A stretch of DNA of 63,665 nt from Peptoniphilaceae bacterium (GTDB lineage: Bacteria; Bacillota; Clostridia; Tissierellales; Peptoniphilaceae). Location: the NCBI GenBank assembly GCA_029983595.1, contig JASBZD010000001.1, positions 1 through 63,665 on the forward strand. Reading direction: 5' to 3'. The position numbers and the translations under genes were made by a program. This document shows positions 1 to 10,608 of this stretch, piece after piece. Under the pieces are notes generated by a model, which was given only the letters and a program-made list of their open reading frames with translations, made no database searches and was not told the origin of the DNA. Every line of letters starts with the position of its first letter. The stretch's first letter is position 1.

Positions 1-1
1 A

Positions 2-856
2 AATGATTCTAAAGTAAATGAAAAATATATTTTAAATGATGGAGATAGTTTAAAACTATATTTTTCTGATGAGACTATTGAAAAATTTAAAAGTGATGAA
101 AAAGAAGTAATAAAAGGTCTAGATTTAGATATTATATATGAAGATGAAAATATTCTCATAATAAATAAGCCTGGAGGGGTTTTAACTCATAGTGCTACTT
201 CAAAAGAAAAGTATTATGAAGATAATATTGTCGACTCAATGATAGCATATTTAGTAAATAAGGGAGAGTTTAGATTTAAAAAAGGGCAGAGTTTTGTGCC
301 AAGTGTAGCTAATAGACTAGATAGAAATACTTCAGGACTATTAATTGGTGCAAAAAATTATACTGCAATAAAAGAGATAAATAAAGCCCAGAGGCTTGAT
401 AATATCGAAAAATATTATTACACAATAGTAAAAGGCAATATAAAAAATGGTGCGTATGAAGAGGCAGAATTATCTAAAATAGAAAATAAGAAAAATCAGG
501 TTAGAATTAACACAAGTAATGAAAATTCTAAAAAAATAATTACTGAATATAAGCCAGTTATTTCTGGAAAGAATTATTCACTATTAGAGATTAATCTTAT
601 TACGGGGCGTACACATCAGATTAGAAGTCATCTTTCATATCTTAATATGCCAATTATAGGCGATAGAAAATATGGAGATAATAAAATAAATAAATATTTT
701 AGAGAAAAATATAAAATAAATAATCAAGTTTTACACTGCTATAAACTTGTATTTAAAAATTTAGATGGTGAGCTTTCATATCTTAATAATCGAATTTTTG
801 AGACGGATATTCCATATAATATGAAAAAATTTATAGATGGTGAAATTAATGAATAG
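2..856 (+). CDS. RluA-family pseudouridine synthase (5' truncated by window edge)
   Basis: Frame open from position 2 (IIYEDENILIINKPGGV precedes the track's ATG at 239); NRLDRNTSG catalytic Asp motif, TGRTHQIR, IIGDRKYG. Confidence 0.92.
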   Translation, partial: NDSKVNEKYILNDGDSLKLYFSDETIEKFKSDEKEVIKGLDLDIIYEDENILIINKPGGVLTHSATSKEKYYEDNIVDSMIAYLVNKGEFRFKKGQSFVPSVANRLDRNTSGLLIGAKNYTAIKEINKAQRLDNIEKYYYTIVKGNIKNGAYEEAELSKIENKKNQVRINTSNENSKKIITEYKPVISGKNYSLLEINLITGRTHQIRSHLSYLNMPIIGDRKYGDNKINKYFREKYKINNQVLHCYKLVFKNLDGELSYLNNRIFETDIPYNMKKFIDGEINE

Positions 857-3650
857 AGTTGAGTTAAGAAATATTGGGTTTGATTTTAAAAAATATAATA
901 ATGAATTTATAAGAAACTTATCGCCTATAGAAAAATTAAATCTTTATATTATTTTACCCAATTTTTCAATGTTAGAAGAGTATAGAAAAAATCTAGCTAC
1001 AGAATTTGGGGGATTTTACTTAAATAATATCTTGACTCTAGATAACGTAGCTGAAAAGTTTTCAAATAATAAAAAGTATATTTCTCGTCAAGAGGGAAGT
1101 TTTATTATTAAGAAGATTTTAGAAAAAGAAGATGTGAATTTTTCAAAATCTTTAGGATCTTCAAAGAGCATACAAGCTTATATATATGAACTAAAATCTA
1201 ATAAGATTAATTATGATAATCTCTCTAGTAAAAAAATTAATAACGAGAGAATAAATGAAATTTCACTAGTTTATAGAGAATATGAAGAATTCTTGGATAA
1301 AAACAATCTCGGCGATGAGATAGATCTTTATTTAGATGCCTCTAAAAATATAAATAATACTATATCAGATAAAACATTTTTAATATCAAATTTTATAGAG
1401 TTTAGAGAAAATGAGCTTTTTCTCATAGAAAGTTTAGGGGAAAATGCAAAAGATGTAATTATTGAGATGCCATTTTCAACTAATAGATCTAATCTTAAGC
1501 TTCAAAATAGCTTATTAAAACTAGAAAAAATAGGGTTTGAGATTAATAAAGAAATAAGTATAGATAAGATAAATTCAGAGTTTTCATATAACTCACTTTC
1601 AGATATAGATAAAAAATATAATATAGATCACTCGATAATTAAAGCTTCAAATAAGTATTATGAAGTAAATGAAATATTTAATATTATTTCTAAGATACGC
1701 TCAGAGATTTCATTTGAAGATATTTCTATTATTGCTAATGATTCATATAAAAATCTTATAAAAACTATTTCTAAAGAAAGAGATATTTCAGTAAGTATTG
1801 GAAATTCACAAAAAGCAAAAGATTTATTTTTAATTAGAGATGTATTAAACTTTTTGAAATTTATAAAAAATGATGAGAAAAAATATATTATTGGGTTTAT
1901 TTCAGATGAAAATATAAATAGAAGTTTTAAAGATTTAAGTAATGATGAAACTGAGAAACTATTAATTAGTCTAAGAGAGATTGAATATAAAGGAATATAT
2001 CATAAATATGGAAATATCCAGGATATTTTATTTGAGTATCTAAATTTTATTAGAGATTTATTAAAAAACTATAATAATAGTCCTATAGAAACATTAAAAA
2101 ATATATTTGATTTAGATTATTTAGAAAAAAAGTCATATCTAGAATTTGAAAATCACAAAAATCATGACATAATATCAGATGAGATAAAATCATATGAAAT
2201 ACTAGATGATATATTTAAGCAAGTAACTAATTTTAATAAAATTATAAATTTATCATCAGATGATATTACTGATTTATTTATCGAGATACTAAATAATTAT
2301 GAATATTATACAAGAAGTAATAAAAAATCTATAAAAGTCTTAAATCCAATAAATGCAGTAGGTGTAAAATCAAAAATCAGATTTATTTGTGGATTAGACT
2401 ATGATTATCCTAAGATTAAAATGGATTCTATTATAGATAATATCAGTTTAAATAAATTTCATAAAAGTTTAGGAATAGATTTAGAATCTAGGGAAGAAAA
2501 AATTGACAATATTATTTTACAATTTCAATCTCTTTTATCAGAAAGTGAAGAGTATTATTTTTCATATATTTTTAATGATAGTAAGCTTATTGATAATAGA
2601 TCATTTATACTAAATCAAACTCTAGATAATCTAGAAGAAAACTCTAAAAAAGAGTATATTATTACATCTCAGCTAAAAAAATTAGATACTATAGATAAAA
2701 ATGATTTAAAATCTCGTTTTATATTTGAAGCATTTAATAACGACGAGTTTATTAATTCTAACTATCTAGATAATAATGAAGTATCTTATATTAATAGAAT
2801 TTTAGAGAATGAATATAAAAGATTTAATAAAAGTTTAGAATTTATAGGCAAAGTAGAGAATGAAAAAATAGAAAATTCATTGAACTATTATAGCCCCAAA
2901 TCTCTTGGGATTTTAAATGAATGCCCTTTTAAATATTATATAGAATATATTTTAAAATATAAAAAAATAGAATTAGATTTTAAGGATACATTTTCACTCG
3001 ATAAAGGTAATTTATTTCATCTTATACTAGAAAAATATTATAAGAATTATGATAAAGATGTAGATGATGAAAAAATTAATAATTTTGTAAGTAATTTACT
3101 AGAAGAAATTATTATAGTGGAAAATCTTAATTTACAAGACTACCAAAAATCTGTCATTATAAAAATTATTTCAGAATATATCACTATAGATTCTTCTGAT
3201 CAGAGATCCAATAATTCTAAGCCGGTATATTTTGAAAAAGAATACTCTAAATCATTTGATAATATAGTTATATCTGGAAAAATTGACAGGATAGATGATT
3301 ATAATGGAAAAGTTTCTATAGTAGATTATAAAAGTGGTAAAGTTCCTTCTATTTCATCTGTTAATGAATTTAGACAAATCCAATTACCTTTATATGCATA
3401 TATTTATGGTTATAAAAATATTGAAGATTTAAAATATGGCAATATCACAGAAGCTAAGATAACTTATCCTTTAAAAAAATTAGAAGATATAGATCAATAT
3501 TATGAAGATTTAGAAAATCTAATAATCTCTTTAAATAAGATAAACCAAAATGGCGAATATTTTGTTATGCCTAAAGATGATATTTCATGCAAATACTGTG
3601 ATTATAATGAGATATGTAGAGTATCGGAGGTTAAAGTTGAAACCGAATAA
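849..3650 (+). CDS. addB: AddB/RexB-like subunit: degenerate helicase-like N-terminus, C-terminal PD-(D/E)XK nuclease with Fe-S staple Cys
   Basis: ECPFKYY, GKIDRID..IVDYKSG, QLPLY, terminal CKYCDYNEIC; overlaps the helicase gene; ATG 849 chosen after GGTGA. Confidence 0.8.
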   Translation: MNRVELRNIGFDFKKYNNEFIRNLSPIEKLNLYIILPNFSMLEEYRKNLATEFGGFYLNNILTLDNVAEKFSNNKKYISRQEGSFIIKKILEKEDVNFSKSLGSSKSIQAYIYELKSNKINYDNLSSKKINNERINEISLVYREYEEFLDKNNLGDEIDLYLDASKNINNTISDKTFLISNFIEFRENELFLIESLGENAKDVIIEMPFSTNRSNLKLQNSLLKLEKIGFEINKEISIDKINSEFSYNSLSDIDKKYNIDHSIIKASNKYYEVNEIFNIISKIRSEISFEDISIIANDSYKNLIKTISKERDISVSIGNSQKAKDLFLIRDVLNFLKFIKNDEKKYIIGFISDENINRSFKDLSNDETEKLLISLREIEYKGIYHKYGNIQDILFEYLNFIRDLLKNYNNSPIETLKNIFDLDYLEKKSYLEFENHKNHDIISDEIKSYEILDDIFKQVTNFNKIINLSSDDITDLFIEILNNYEYYTRSNKKSIKVLNPINAVGVKSKIRFICGLDYDYPKIKMDSIIDNISLNKFHKSLGIDLESREEKIDNIILQFQSLLSESEEYYFSYIFNDSKLIDNRSFILNQTLDNLEENSKKEYIITSQLKKLDTIDKNDLKSRFIFEAFNNDEFINSNYLDNNEVSYINRILENEYKRFNKSLEFIGKVENEKIENSLNYYSPKSLGILNECPFKYYIEYILKYKKIELDFKDTFSLDKGNLFHLILEKYYKNYDKDVDDEKINNFVSNLLEEIIIVENLNLQDYQKSVIIKIISEYITIDSSDQRSNNSKPVYFEKEYSKSFDNIVISGKIDRIDDYNGKVSIVDYKSGKVPSISSVNEFRQIQLPLYAYIYGYKNIEDLKYGNITEAKITYPLKKLEDIDQYYEDLENLIISLNKINQNGEYFVMPKDDISCKYCDYNEICRVSEVKVETE

Positions 3651-6600
3651 AGAACAGCAAAGAGCAATAGAGACAATTAATAAAAATATAGGAGTTGTGG
3701 CTGGAGCTGGTACTGGAAAAACTAAAATTTTAACTAATAGATTTATACATATTCTTGAGAGTTCTGATAATCCAGATGAAGATATTGAAAAAATTCTTGC
3801 TATAACTTTTACTGTTAAAGCTACTGCAGAAATGGTTGATAGAATTGAAAAAGAGATACTAAAGCTATCTAAGACTAATCCTAGATTTAAAAGTCTTATT
3901 AATAAAATTCCATATTTAAAAATTTCAACTATCGATTCATTTTGCAAAAGAATTGTTGATGAAAATTATTTATATTTAGGAATCAATCCAGATTATAGAA
4001 TTATAGATGATAGAGAATCAGACGAAATTCTTACAAAAATTATTGTAGATATAATAGAGAGTAACAATAGCGATCTTCTTAATAATTATTATATAAATAA
4101 TCTAATGCTAAGATCTAATAGCTTAGTAGATAGAATTATGTATGTATATAAGACGTCAGTTTCAAAAGGATATAATTTTGATGACTTATTAGATTTAAAT
4201 CTATTTAATAGTATTAAAATTGATTATAATTCTTATTATTTAAAATTATCTGACTTTTTTGAAGAGCAAAAAAGATTAAAGACTTTAAATAGAAGAACTA
4301 AAATTTTTAAAAATTATGAAGATGGTCTTTATAATGTAATAACTACTGATTCAGATGAAAAATATGTAGTTTTAGAAGAAATTTTTAATGGCTTAATTAG
4401 ACTAAGAGATAAAAAAGCAATTGATACCGATTATGTAAATATGATATGTGATGAGACATATAAATGTCTAATATTTAATGAGAAAGATGATTATATATAT
4501 TATGAGTTCTTTAATAAGCTTTTAAAGGAAATTCATACAGAATATACTAAAAAAAAATTAAATGACGGTACTTTTGAATTTATTGATTTAGTTTATCTTA
4601 CTCGCGAAGTTTTTAAAAATAATGAATTACTTAGAATTTATCAAAATGAATTTAAATATATTATGATTGATGAATATCAAGACACAAATAAACTACAAAG
4701 AGATATTTTCTATAGCTTATCTACTATTGAGACTACTTTAGATAGAAATAACTTTTTTGTCGTTGGTGATCCAAAACAGTCTATTTATGCTTTTAGAGGT
4801 TCTGATGTAAAAGTTTTTGATGAAACTCTAGAAGATATTATAAAATCCGATGGTGAAATTATAAAGCTTGTAAAGAATTATAGATCATCAGAAGAAATGG
4901 TAAATTATACAAATAATCTATTTAAAGTATTAATGGGAAATAAATATGATTCATTGGAGTTTACAAGAGATATAGAAAATAGAAAAGTAGAATTTATAAA
5001 TCTAAGTGAGGATGAAAAAACTGAAGCTGAAGCTATAGCTTTAAAGATTTTGGAGCTAAAAGATTCAGGTAAGACTTTTGGCGATATTGTTGTTTTATTT
5101 AGACAGTCTACACATTTATCAAAGTTAGAAGATAGATTAAATGAATATAATATACCTTATGTAAATAGCAAGAGTAGAAATTTTTATAATAAAACTGAAA
5201 TAAAAGATTTAATTTTATTTTTGAAATTTATAAATAATAAAAATGACTCACTAAGTTTATATGGACTTTTAAGATCTAAGATTTTCTCATTAAGTGATGC
5301 TGATCTTTTTAAGATTTCTAAATTATCAGAAGCATCATTATGGGAAAGTCTAAATCTATATGATGGAGACAATATAAATATACTTAAAACAAGAAATATT
5401 TTAAGCGAAATGCTTAGTTTAAAAGATAAAATAGGATTATATGAATTTATCTCTAAGTTTATAAATGATACTCATTATATTGAAATTTTAAGTTTATTAT
5501 CAAATAGTCCTCAGGAAATAGAAAATATTATTTTATTTACTAATATAGTGTTAGAGTTTGAAAATGAAAACTCATCTAGAATTTTTGATTTACTCGATTA
5601 TATTTTATTTAATTCAGATAAGGATCAGGGTGAGGCTAGTATTTTTTCTGAAGATGCTGTAAATTTAATGACTATTCATGGCTCTAAAGGTCTAGAGTTT
5701 AATACTGTAATATTATATGATTCAGATTTTACTAGAAATCCTGATAAGAATAATTTTGTCGTAAATGGAGAATATGGATATGGATTAAATACTAGAGAAG
5801 ATTCTAAATATTTAAGATTTATTAAAGAAAAAAATAGCGAAGACGACTATGAAGAGTTTTTACGATTGTTATATGTTTGTCTAACTCGTGCCGAAGAGAG
5901 ATTTATATTTTTTAGTAATAAAAACATTGAAAAATCTATAAGCTCGTCATACTATTCAAAATTATTAGTAGATAATAATCCTGATTTTAATGAGATAAAT
6001 GAAATTAAACCTTATGATTTAAAAGAAAAGAAGCTAAAAAAAGTTGTAATTGATAATTTTTATAAAAAAGATCTAAATATAAAAGAATATGAAATGCCAC
6101 GCGGTAGTTTTTCTAGTTTTAGTACTTTTAAAAAATCTAAAAGAGATTATTTTTATAAATATAAACTAGGACTAAATGATTTTGAACCATTAGAGGATAA
6201 GTTAGAATATGAATATAAAATAGATTCATTAAAATATGAAAAAAAAGGATTTTATATAGATCCATCGTTATATGGTACAGTAGTCCATGAAATTATTGAA
6301 AATTATAGTAGTGATAAAAATATAGAAGAGTTAATTGATTTAATACTTGAAAAAAATTTAGTAGAAAAAAATCAATTATTAGTAGATAAAATAAATAGGC
6401 ATATAAGTAGTTATATAAATAGTTTTGATAAATCTACTAAAAAATTTCATGAGTTTCAATTTTTATTAAAACTTGAAGAAGGCTATATCTCAGGAAGTAT
6501 TGACCAGTTGGAGATAAAAGATGATGATTTTATCGTAACTGATTTTAAAACTAATAAAACAAATAATATTAGTTATTTAATAGATTATTATAAACCTCAG

Positions 6601-6792
6601 ATTTTACTATATAATCTTGCGATAAAAGAAATAATGGGGAAATATCCTAAGAGTTCATTTTTATACTTTTTAGATATAGATAAAAAAGTGGAGATAGAAG
6701 TATTAGAAAATGAGATAGAATCATTAAAAAATGAGTTAAATGACTTCTTGAGATTTATAAAATTAAATGATAGTATAGATAAGTACGAATAA
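3637..6792 (+). CDS. addA: AddA/RexA-like UvrD helicase-nuclease
   Basis: AGAGTGKT, ITFT, IDEYQDTN, VGDPKQSIYAFRG, NYRS, MTIHGSKGLEF, YVCLTRA, C-terminal GSIDQL..DFKT; TTG at 3637 follows GGAGG. Confidence 0.88.
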   Translation: MKPNKEQQRAIETINKNIGVVAGAGTGKTKILTNRFIHILESSDNPDEDIEKILAITFTVKATAEMVDRIEKEILKLSKTNPRFKSLINKIPYLKISTIDSFCKRIVDENYLYLGINPDYRIIDDRESDEILTKIIVDIIESNNSDLLNNYYINNLMLRSNSLVDRIMYVYKTSVSKGYNFDDLLDLNLFNSIKIDYNSYYLKLSDFFEEQKRLKTLNRRTKIFKNYEDGLYNVITTDSDEKYVVLEEIFNGLIRLRDKKAIDTDYVNMICDETYKCLIFNEKDDYIYYEFFNKLLKEIHTEYTKKKLNDGTFEFIDLVYLTREVFKNNELLRIYQNEFKYIMIDEYQDTNKLQRDIFYSLSTIETTLDRNNFFVVGDPKQSIYAFRGSDVKVFDETLEDIIKSDGEIIKLVKNYRSSEEMVNYTNNLFKVLMGNKYDSLEFTRDIENRKVEFINLSEDEKTEAEAIALKILELKDSGKTFGDIVVLFRQSTHLSKLEDRLNEYNIPYVNSKSRNFYNKTEIKDLILFLKFINNKNDSLSLYGLLRSKIFSLSDADLFKISKLSEASLWESLNLYDGDNINILKTRNILSEMLSLKDKIGLYEFISKFINDTHYIEILSLLSNSPQEIENIILFTNIVLEFENENSSRIFDLLDYILFNSDKDQGEASIFSEDAVNLMTIHGSKGLEFNTVILYDSDFTRNPDKNNFVVNGEYGYGLNTREDSKYLRFIKEKNSEDDYEEFLRLLYVCLTRAEERFIFFSNKNIEKSISSSYYSKLLVDNNPDFNEINEIKPYDLKEKKLKKVVIDNFYKKDLNIKEYEMPRGSFSSFSTFKKSKRDYFYKYKLGLNDFEPLEDKLEYEYKIDSLKYEKKGFYIDPSLYGTVVHEIIENYSSDKNIEELIDLILEKNLVEKNQLLVDKINRHISSYINSFDKSTKKFHEFQFLLKLEEGYISGSIDQLEIKDDDFIVTDFKTNKTNNISYLIDYYKPQILLYNLAIKEIMGKYPKSSFLYFLDIDKKVEIEVLENEIESLKNELNDFLRFIKLNDSIDKYE

Positions 6793-6826
6793 ATTAAAAT
6801 AATGAATATAATTGTATTAGGTGTTT

Positions 6827-7249
6827 ATGATAGAGATTATTGATACAGATTTAGAAACTATTTTTGAAGTAGAGAACATTATTTTGTTAGGTGAAGATAT
6901 AATTAATGATCTAGATTTAGTTATATCTATGCTTTTTAATTCAAATAATTCCTTAAAAGCTTATGATATTGAGTTTATTTCTGAAAAATTAGAAGAATTA
7001 AAATTAAATCTTTATAAATTTGAAGAGCTTTTATTTGAAGCTTCAAGTTATATGTCAGGATTTACATTTTCGGATGAAAAAGATTTAAAAATTAATAATA
7101 TATATGAAAACTTAGAGTTTATGAATAATACTCAAGTTAAATTTTTGGCATTTAATCTAGAAAATGTAAAGCTTAATCTTGTGTCTATAAATAATGGACT
7201 GACTTATTATAATAAAAAACTTATGAAAAATAGTAATTTTATAAATTAA
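6827..7249 (+). CDS. hypothetical helical protein
   Basis: 140-aa ORF with AGGTG RBS, upstream TATAAT and downstream terminator; no recognised motif. Confidence 0.65.
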   Translation: MIEIIDTDLETIFEVENIILLGEDIINDLDLVISMLFNSNNSLKAYDIEFISEKLEELKLNLYKFEELLFEASSYMSGFTFSDEKDLKINNIYENLEFMNNTQVKFLAFNLENVKLNLVSINNGLTYYNKKLMKNSNFIN

Positions 7250-7271
7250 AAGAGCTTTTTAGCTCTTTTTT
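7248..7271 (+). terminator. intrinsic terminator (possibly bidirectional)
   Basis: AAAAGAGCT-TTTT-AGCTCTTTTTT. Confidence 0.75.
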
Positions 7272-7273
7272 AA

Positions 7274-7302
7274 TTGACATTTTTATATATAATCTATACT
7301 AT
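7274..7302 (+). promoter_or_regulatory. sigma-A promoter of tRNA-Thr
   Basis: TTGACA (7274-79), 17 nt, TACTAT (7297-7302). Confidence 0.75.
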
Positions 7303-7309
7303 ATCTTAT

Positions 7310-7385
7310 GCTATCGTAGCTCAGTAGGTAGAGCACTTCATTGGTAATGAAGAGGTCGCCGGTTCAATCCCGGCCGTTAGCTCCA
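7310..7385 (+). tRNA. tRNA-Thr(GGT)
   Basis: 76-nt cloverleaf, anticodon arm CTTCA-TTGGTAA-TGAAG, GGTTCAATCC T arm, encoded CCA. Confidence 0.97.
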
Positions 7386-7389
7386 AAGT

Positions 7390-7413
7390 ATGGCTTTATA
7401 ATAGCCATTTTTT
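7390..7413 (+). terminator. intrinsic terminator after tRNA-Thr
   Basis: ATGGCT..AGCCAT then T run. Confidence 0.65.
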
Positions 7414-7501
7414 AATGTAAGGCTAGTATTTTAATAGATGTTTCCTTGAAATAATTAGCCTAATCTGATAATATTAAATATTATGTTATGGAGGATGAGA
7501 G

Positions 7502-7738
7502 ATGATAACTTTACTTTCAGTTTTAATTCTTGCATCTAGTATTTGTTTAATAGTTTCTACTATTATTGCTGAGCCAGCAGATAATAGTCCACAACAAATG
7601 CTTGGAGGCGGAACAAACGCTGAATCTTTTTGGCAGCAAAATAAAGGAAGTAGCAAAGAGGCTTTAATTAACAAAGTAAATATTATAGCTTCAATAGTTT
7701 TAGCTATTTCACTAATAATTATGGCTAGAATTGCATAG
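7502..7738 (+). CDS. secG: preprotein translocase subunit SecG
   Basis: 78 aa, two TM helices, GGG..ESFW..KG..KEAL loop; GGAGG RBS. Confidence 0.8.
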   Translation: MITLLSVLILASSICLIVSTIIAEPADNSPQQMLGGGTNAESFWQQNKGSSKEALINKVNIIASIVLAISLIIMARIA

Positions 7739-7754
7739 GAGGTAATAATTTAAA

Positions 7755-9764
7755 ATGGATATTTCTACATTAGAATACTTAGCTCCTATAGTAGGAGTAA
7801 TAGCTTTAATTTATGCTTTCGCTAGAGCTAGTTTTATTAACAAATCAGGCGTGGGCAATGAAAGAATGAAAGAGATTTCAGGTTATATTAGCGAAGGTGC
7901 TATGGCATTTATTTCAAGAGAATATAAAAATATTAGCGTTTTTGTGTTAGTTATGCTAGTAATTTTATTCTTTATTAATGGAATGAGTATAGCACTTCCA
8001 CTAACTTTCTTAATAGGAGCACTTTTCTCAATGACTGCTGGATATATAGGTATGAAAGTTGCTACTAAAGCAAACGTTAGAACTGCTAATATGGCTATGG
8101 AAAGCGGAATGGGTAAAGCTTTAGATATAGCTTTTGCAGGTGGAACTGTAATGGGTATGTGTGTTGTTGGTCTAGGTATTATTGGTATTTCAGTAGCTTA
8201 TTTTATAACACGAAACCCTGATATAGTTTATGGCTTTTCATTAGGTGCTTCTTCAATTGCTCTTTTCTCAAGAGTAGGAGGAGGTATCTACACTAAAGCA
8301 GCTGACGTTGGTGCTGACCTTGTTGGTAAAGTAGAAGCTCATATACCTGAAGATGACCCTAGAAACCCTGCTGTTATTGCGGATAACGTAGGAGATAACG
8401 TAGGGGATGTTGCTGGTATGGGGGCTGACCTTTTTGAATCATATGTTGGTGCTTTATTATCTGGTATTACATTAGGTCTAGTTGCGTATAATGAAGCTGG
8501 TGCTACTTTTACTTTAGTAATTGCAGCTATTGGTATTATTGCATCTATCATTGGATGCTTAGCAGTTAGAGGTGATAAAGATCCACAAAAAGCTTTAAAT
8601 AGAGGTACTTTTGCTGCATCACTTATAACAATTATTGCAGCTGCATTTTTCTCAAATTATCTATTTAATTCATTTAGACCATTTGTTGGAGTTATAGCTG
8701 GAGTGATTGTTGGTTTAGCTATTTCTAAATTTACAGAAGTTTATACTTCTGGAGATTATGATAGTGTTAAAAAAATCGCGCATGATTCACAAACTGGTGC
8801 TTCAACTAATATTATTTCTGGTCTAGCTACTGGTATGATGTCAACTGTTGCTCCAATTATTATTGTAGCAATTGGTATTATAGTTGCTTATGTAGGTTCA
8901 GGCGGGAATACTAACACTGCACAAGGTCTATATGGTATAGCTGTTGCAGCAGTTGGAATGCTTTCTACTGCAGGTATTACTATCGCTGTAGATGCTTATG
9001 GACCAATCGCTGATAATGCTGGTGGTATTGCTGAAATGGCTGAATTACCAGAAAATGTTAGAGATATTACTGACTCACTAGATGCTGTAGGAAATACTAC
9101 TGCTGCTATTGGTAAAGGATTCGCTATTGGTTCTGCAGCACTTACTGCTTTATCTTTATTCGTTTCTTATACACAAGTAGTAGGATTAAATTCAATAGAC
9201 GTTACTCAACCATCAGTTATAGCTGGTATGTTTATTGGTGGTATGTTACCATTTGCGTTCTCTGCTTATACTATGAGCGCTGTAGGTAAAGCTGCTAATG
9301 CAATGATTGAAGAAGTAAGAAGACAATTTAGAGAAATTCCTGGAATCATGGATGGGACTGGAACTCCAGACTATTCAAGATGTGTTGAAATTTCTACTAA
9401 CGCTTCTCTTAGAGAGATGATTGTGCCAGGTCTAATGGCTATTATTTCTCCAGTTATAATTGGGTTTGTGTTAGGAGCAGAAGCTCTAGGCGGAATGCTT
9501 GCTGGTGCACTAGTAACTGGTGTATTAATGGCAATTTTCATGTCTAATGCTGGAGGAGCATGGGATAATGCTAAAAAATATATTGAAGCTGGAAATCATG
9601 GCGGTAAAGGAAGCCCTGCTCATGAAGCTGCAGTTACTGGAGATACAGTAGGGGATCCATTTAAAGATACTTCAGGTCCATCAATCAATATTCTAATAAA
9701 ACTTATGACTGTAGTATCATTAGTATTTGCTCCTATAATAGTAGGACATACTGGATTATTCTAA
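7755..9764 (+). CDS. hppA: membrane-bound pyrophosphatase, K+-dependent, probably Na+-translocating
   Basis: [47 protein letters not shown] (Ala = K+-dependent type), [10 protein letters not shown]. Confidence 0.95.
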   Translation: MDISTLEYLAPIVGVIALIYAFARASFINKSGVGNERMKEISGYISEGAMAFISREYKNISVFVLVMLVILFFINGMSIALPLTFLIGALFSMTAGYIGMKVATKANVRTANMAMESGMGKALDIAFAGGTVMGMCVVGLGIIGISVAYFITRNPDIVYGFSLGASSIALFSRVGGGIYTKAADVGADLVGKVEAHIPEDDPRNPAVIADNVGDNVGDVAGMGADLFESYVGALLSGITLGLVAYNEAGATFTLVIAAIGIIASIIGCLAVRGDKDPQKALNRGTFAASLITIIAAAFFSNYLFNSFRPFVGVIAGVIVGLAISKFTEVYTSGDYDSVKKIAHDSQTGASTNIISGLATGMMSTVAPIIIVAIGIIVAYVGSGGNTNTAQGLYGIAVAAVGMLSTAGITIAVDAYGPIADNAGGIAEMAELPENVRDITDSLDAVGNTTAAIGKGFAIGSAALTALSLFVSYTQVVGLNSIDVTQPSVIAGMFIGGMLPFAFSAYTMSAVGKAANAMIEEVRRQFREIPGIMDGTGTPDYSRCVEISTNASLREMIVPGLMAIISPVIIGFVLGAEALGGMLAGALVTGVLMAIFMSNAGGAWDNAKKYIEAGNHGGKGSPAHEAAVTGDTVGDPFKDTSGPSINILIKLMTVVSLVFAPIIVGHTGLF

Positions 9765-9774
9765 TTCAAAATTT

Positions 9775-9804
9775 AGGGTGTGATTTATTATCACACTCTT
9801 TTTT
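9775..9804 (+). terminator. intrinsic terminator
   Basis: AGGGTGTGAT..ATCACACTCT then T run. Confidence 0.8.
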
Positions 9805-9845
9805 TATGCTCTTTTATTTATGGTATAATAATAAATTGAGGTAAT

Positions 9846-10604
9846 ATGAAAAAGATAATCGAAGATATTGAAATTTGTTATACAGATGAAGGCGATAGTG
9901 AAAAGATTGCAGTTTTTTTACACGGGTGGGGTTCAAAAAAAGAGACAATGTATCCTATCTCAAATATAGTTAAAGATAAATATAGGATAGTAGCAATTGA
10001 TTTACCAGGCTTTGGTGAATCTACAGAACCTAAAACTGTATTTAACTCTTATGATTATGTAAGAGTTATTTTAAAACTTTTAGATGAATTAGAAATTAAA
10101 CAGGCTAGTTTTATTGGTCATTCTTTTGGAGGAAAGATTTCGTCAATTATTTCTGCTGAGCATAAAGAAAGAGTAAACGATTTAATTTTAATTGATTCAG
10201 CTGGCTTAATACCTAAAAGAGGATTAGAATATAAAATAAAGGTTTACTCCTATAAAATAGGAAAATTTTTTAATTCCATTTTACCAGGCGATAAGAAAGC
10301 CAGATTAGAAAATTATAAGAAAAAACATGGTTCAGATGATTACCAAAATTCATCTGGTATAATGAGAGATATTATGGTAACGGTCGTAAATGAGAATATA
10401 AGACCTATTCTTTCTAAAATAGAAGCTGAAACTCTACTTATATGGGGAGATAATGACGATGCAACGCCTTTATATATGGGTGAAATTTTTAAAAAAGAAA
10501 TTCCAAATAGTGGACTTGTCATTTTAGAAAACTCTGGTCATTTTTCATATATAGATAATTATCCTGTTTTTAAGGCTGTTATTGAATCATTTATGTTGAG
10601 GTAG
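9846..10604 (+). CDS. alpha/beta hydrolase
   Basis: FLHGWG, DLPGFG, GHSFGG nucleophile elbow, WGDND, GHF. Confidence 0.92.
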   Translation: MKKIIEDIEICYTDEGDSEKIAVFLHGWGSKKETMYPISNIVKDKYRIVAIDLPGFGESTEPKTVFNSYDYVRVILKLLDELEIKQASFIGHSFGGKISSIISAEHKERVNDLILIDSAGLIPKRGLEYKIKVYSYKIGKFFNSILPGDKKARLENYKKKHGSDDYQNSSGIMRDIMVTVVNENIRPILSKIEAETLLIWGDNDDATPLYMGEIFKKEIPNSGLVILENSGHFSYIDNYPVFKAVIESFMLR

Positions 10605-10608
10605 ATTT

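Noticed and set aside
7465..7492. dif-like TTATGTTA half-site upstream of secG
   Set aside because: Spacing from the preceding ATAA is 9 rather than 6 bp, and the sequence runs into the secG RBS.
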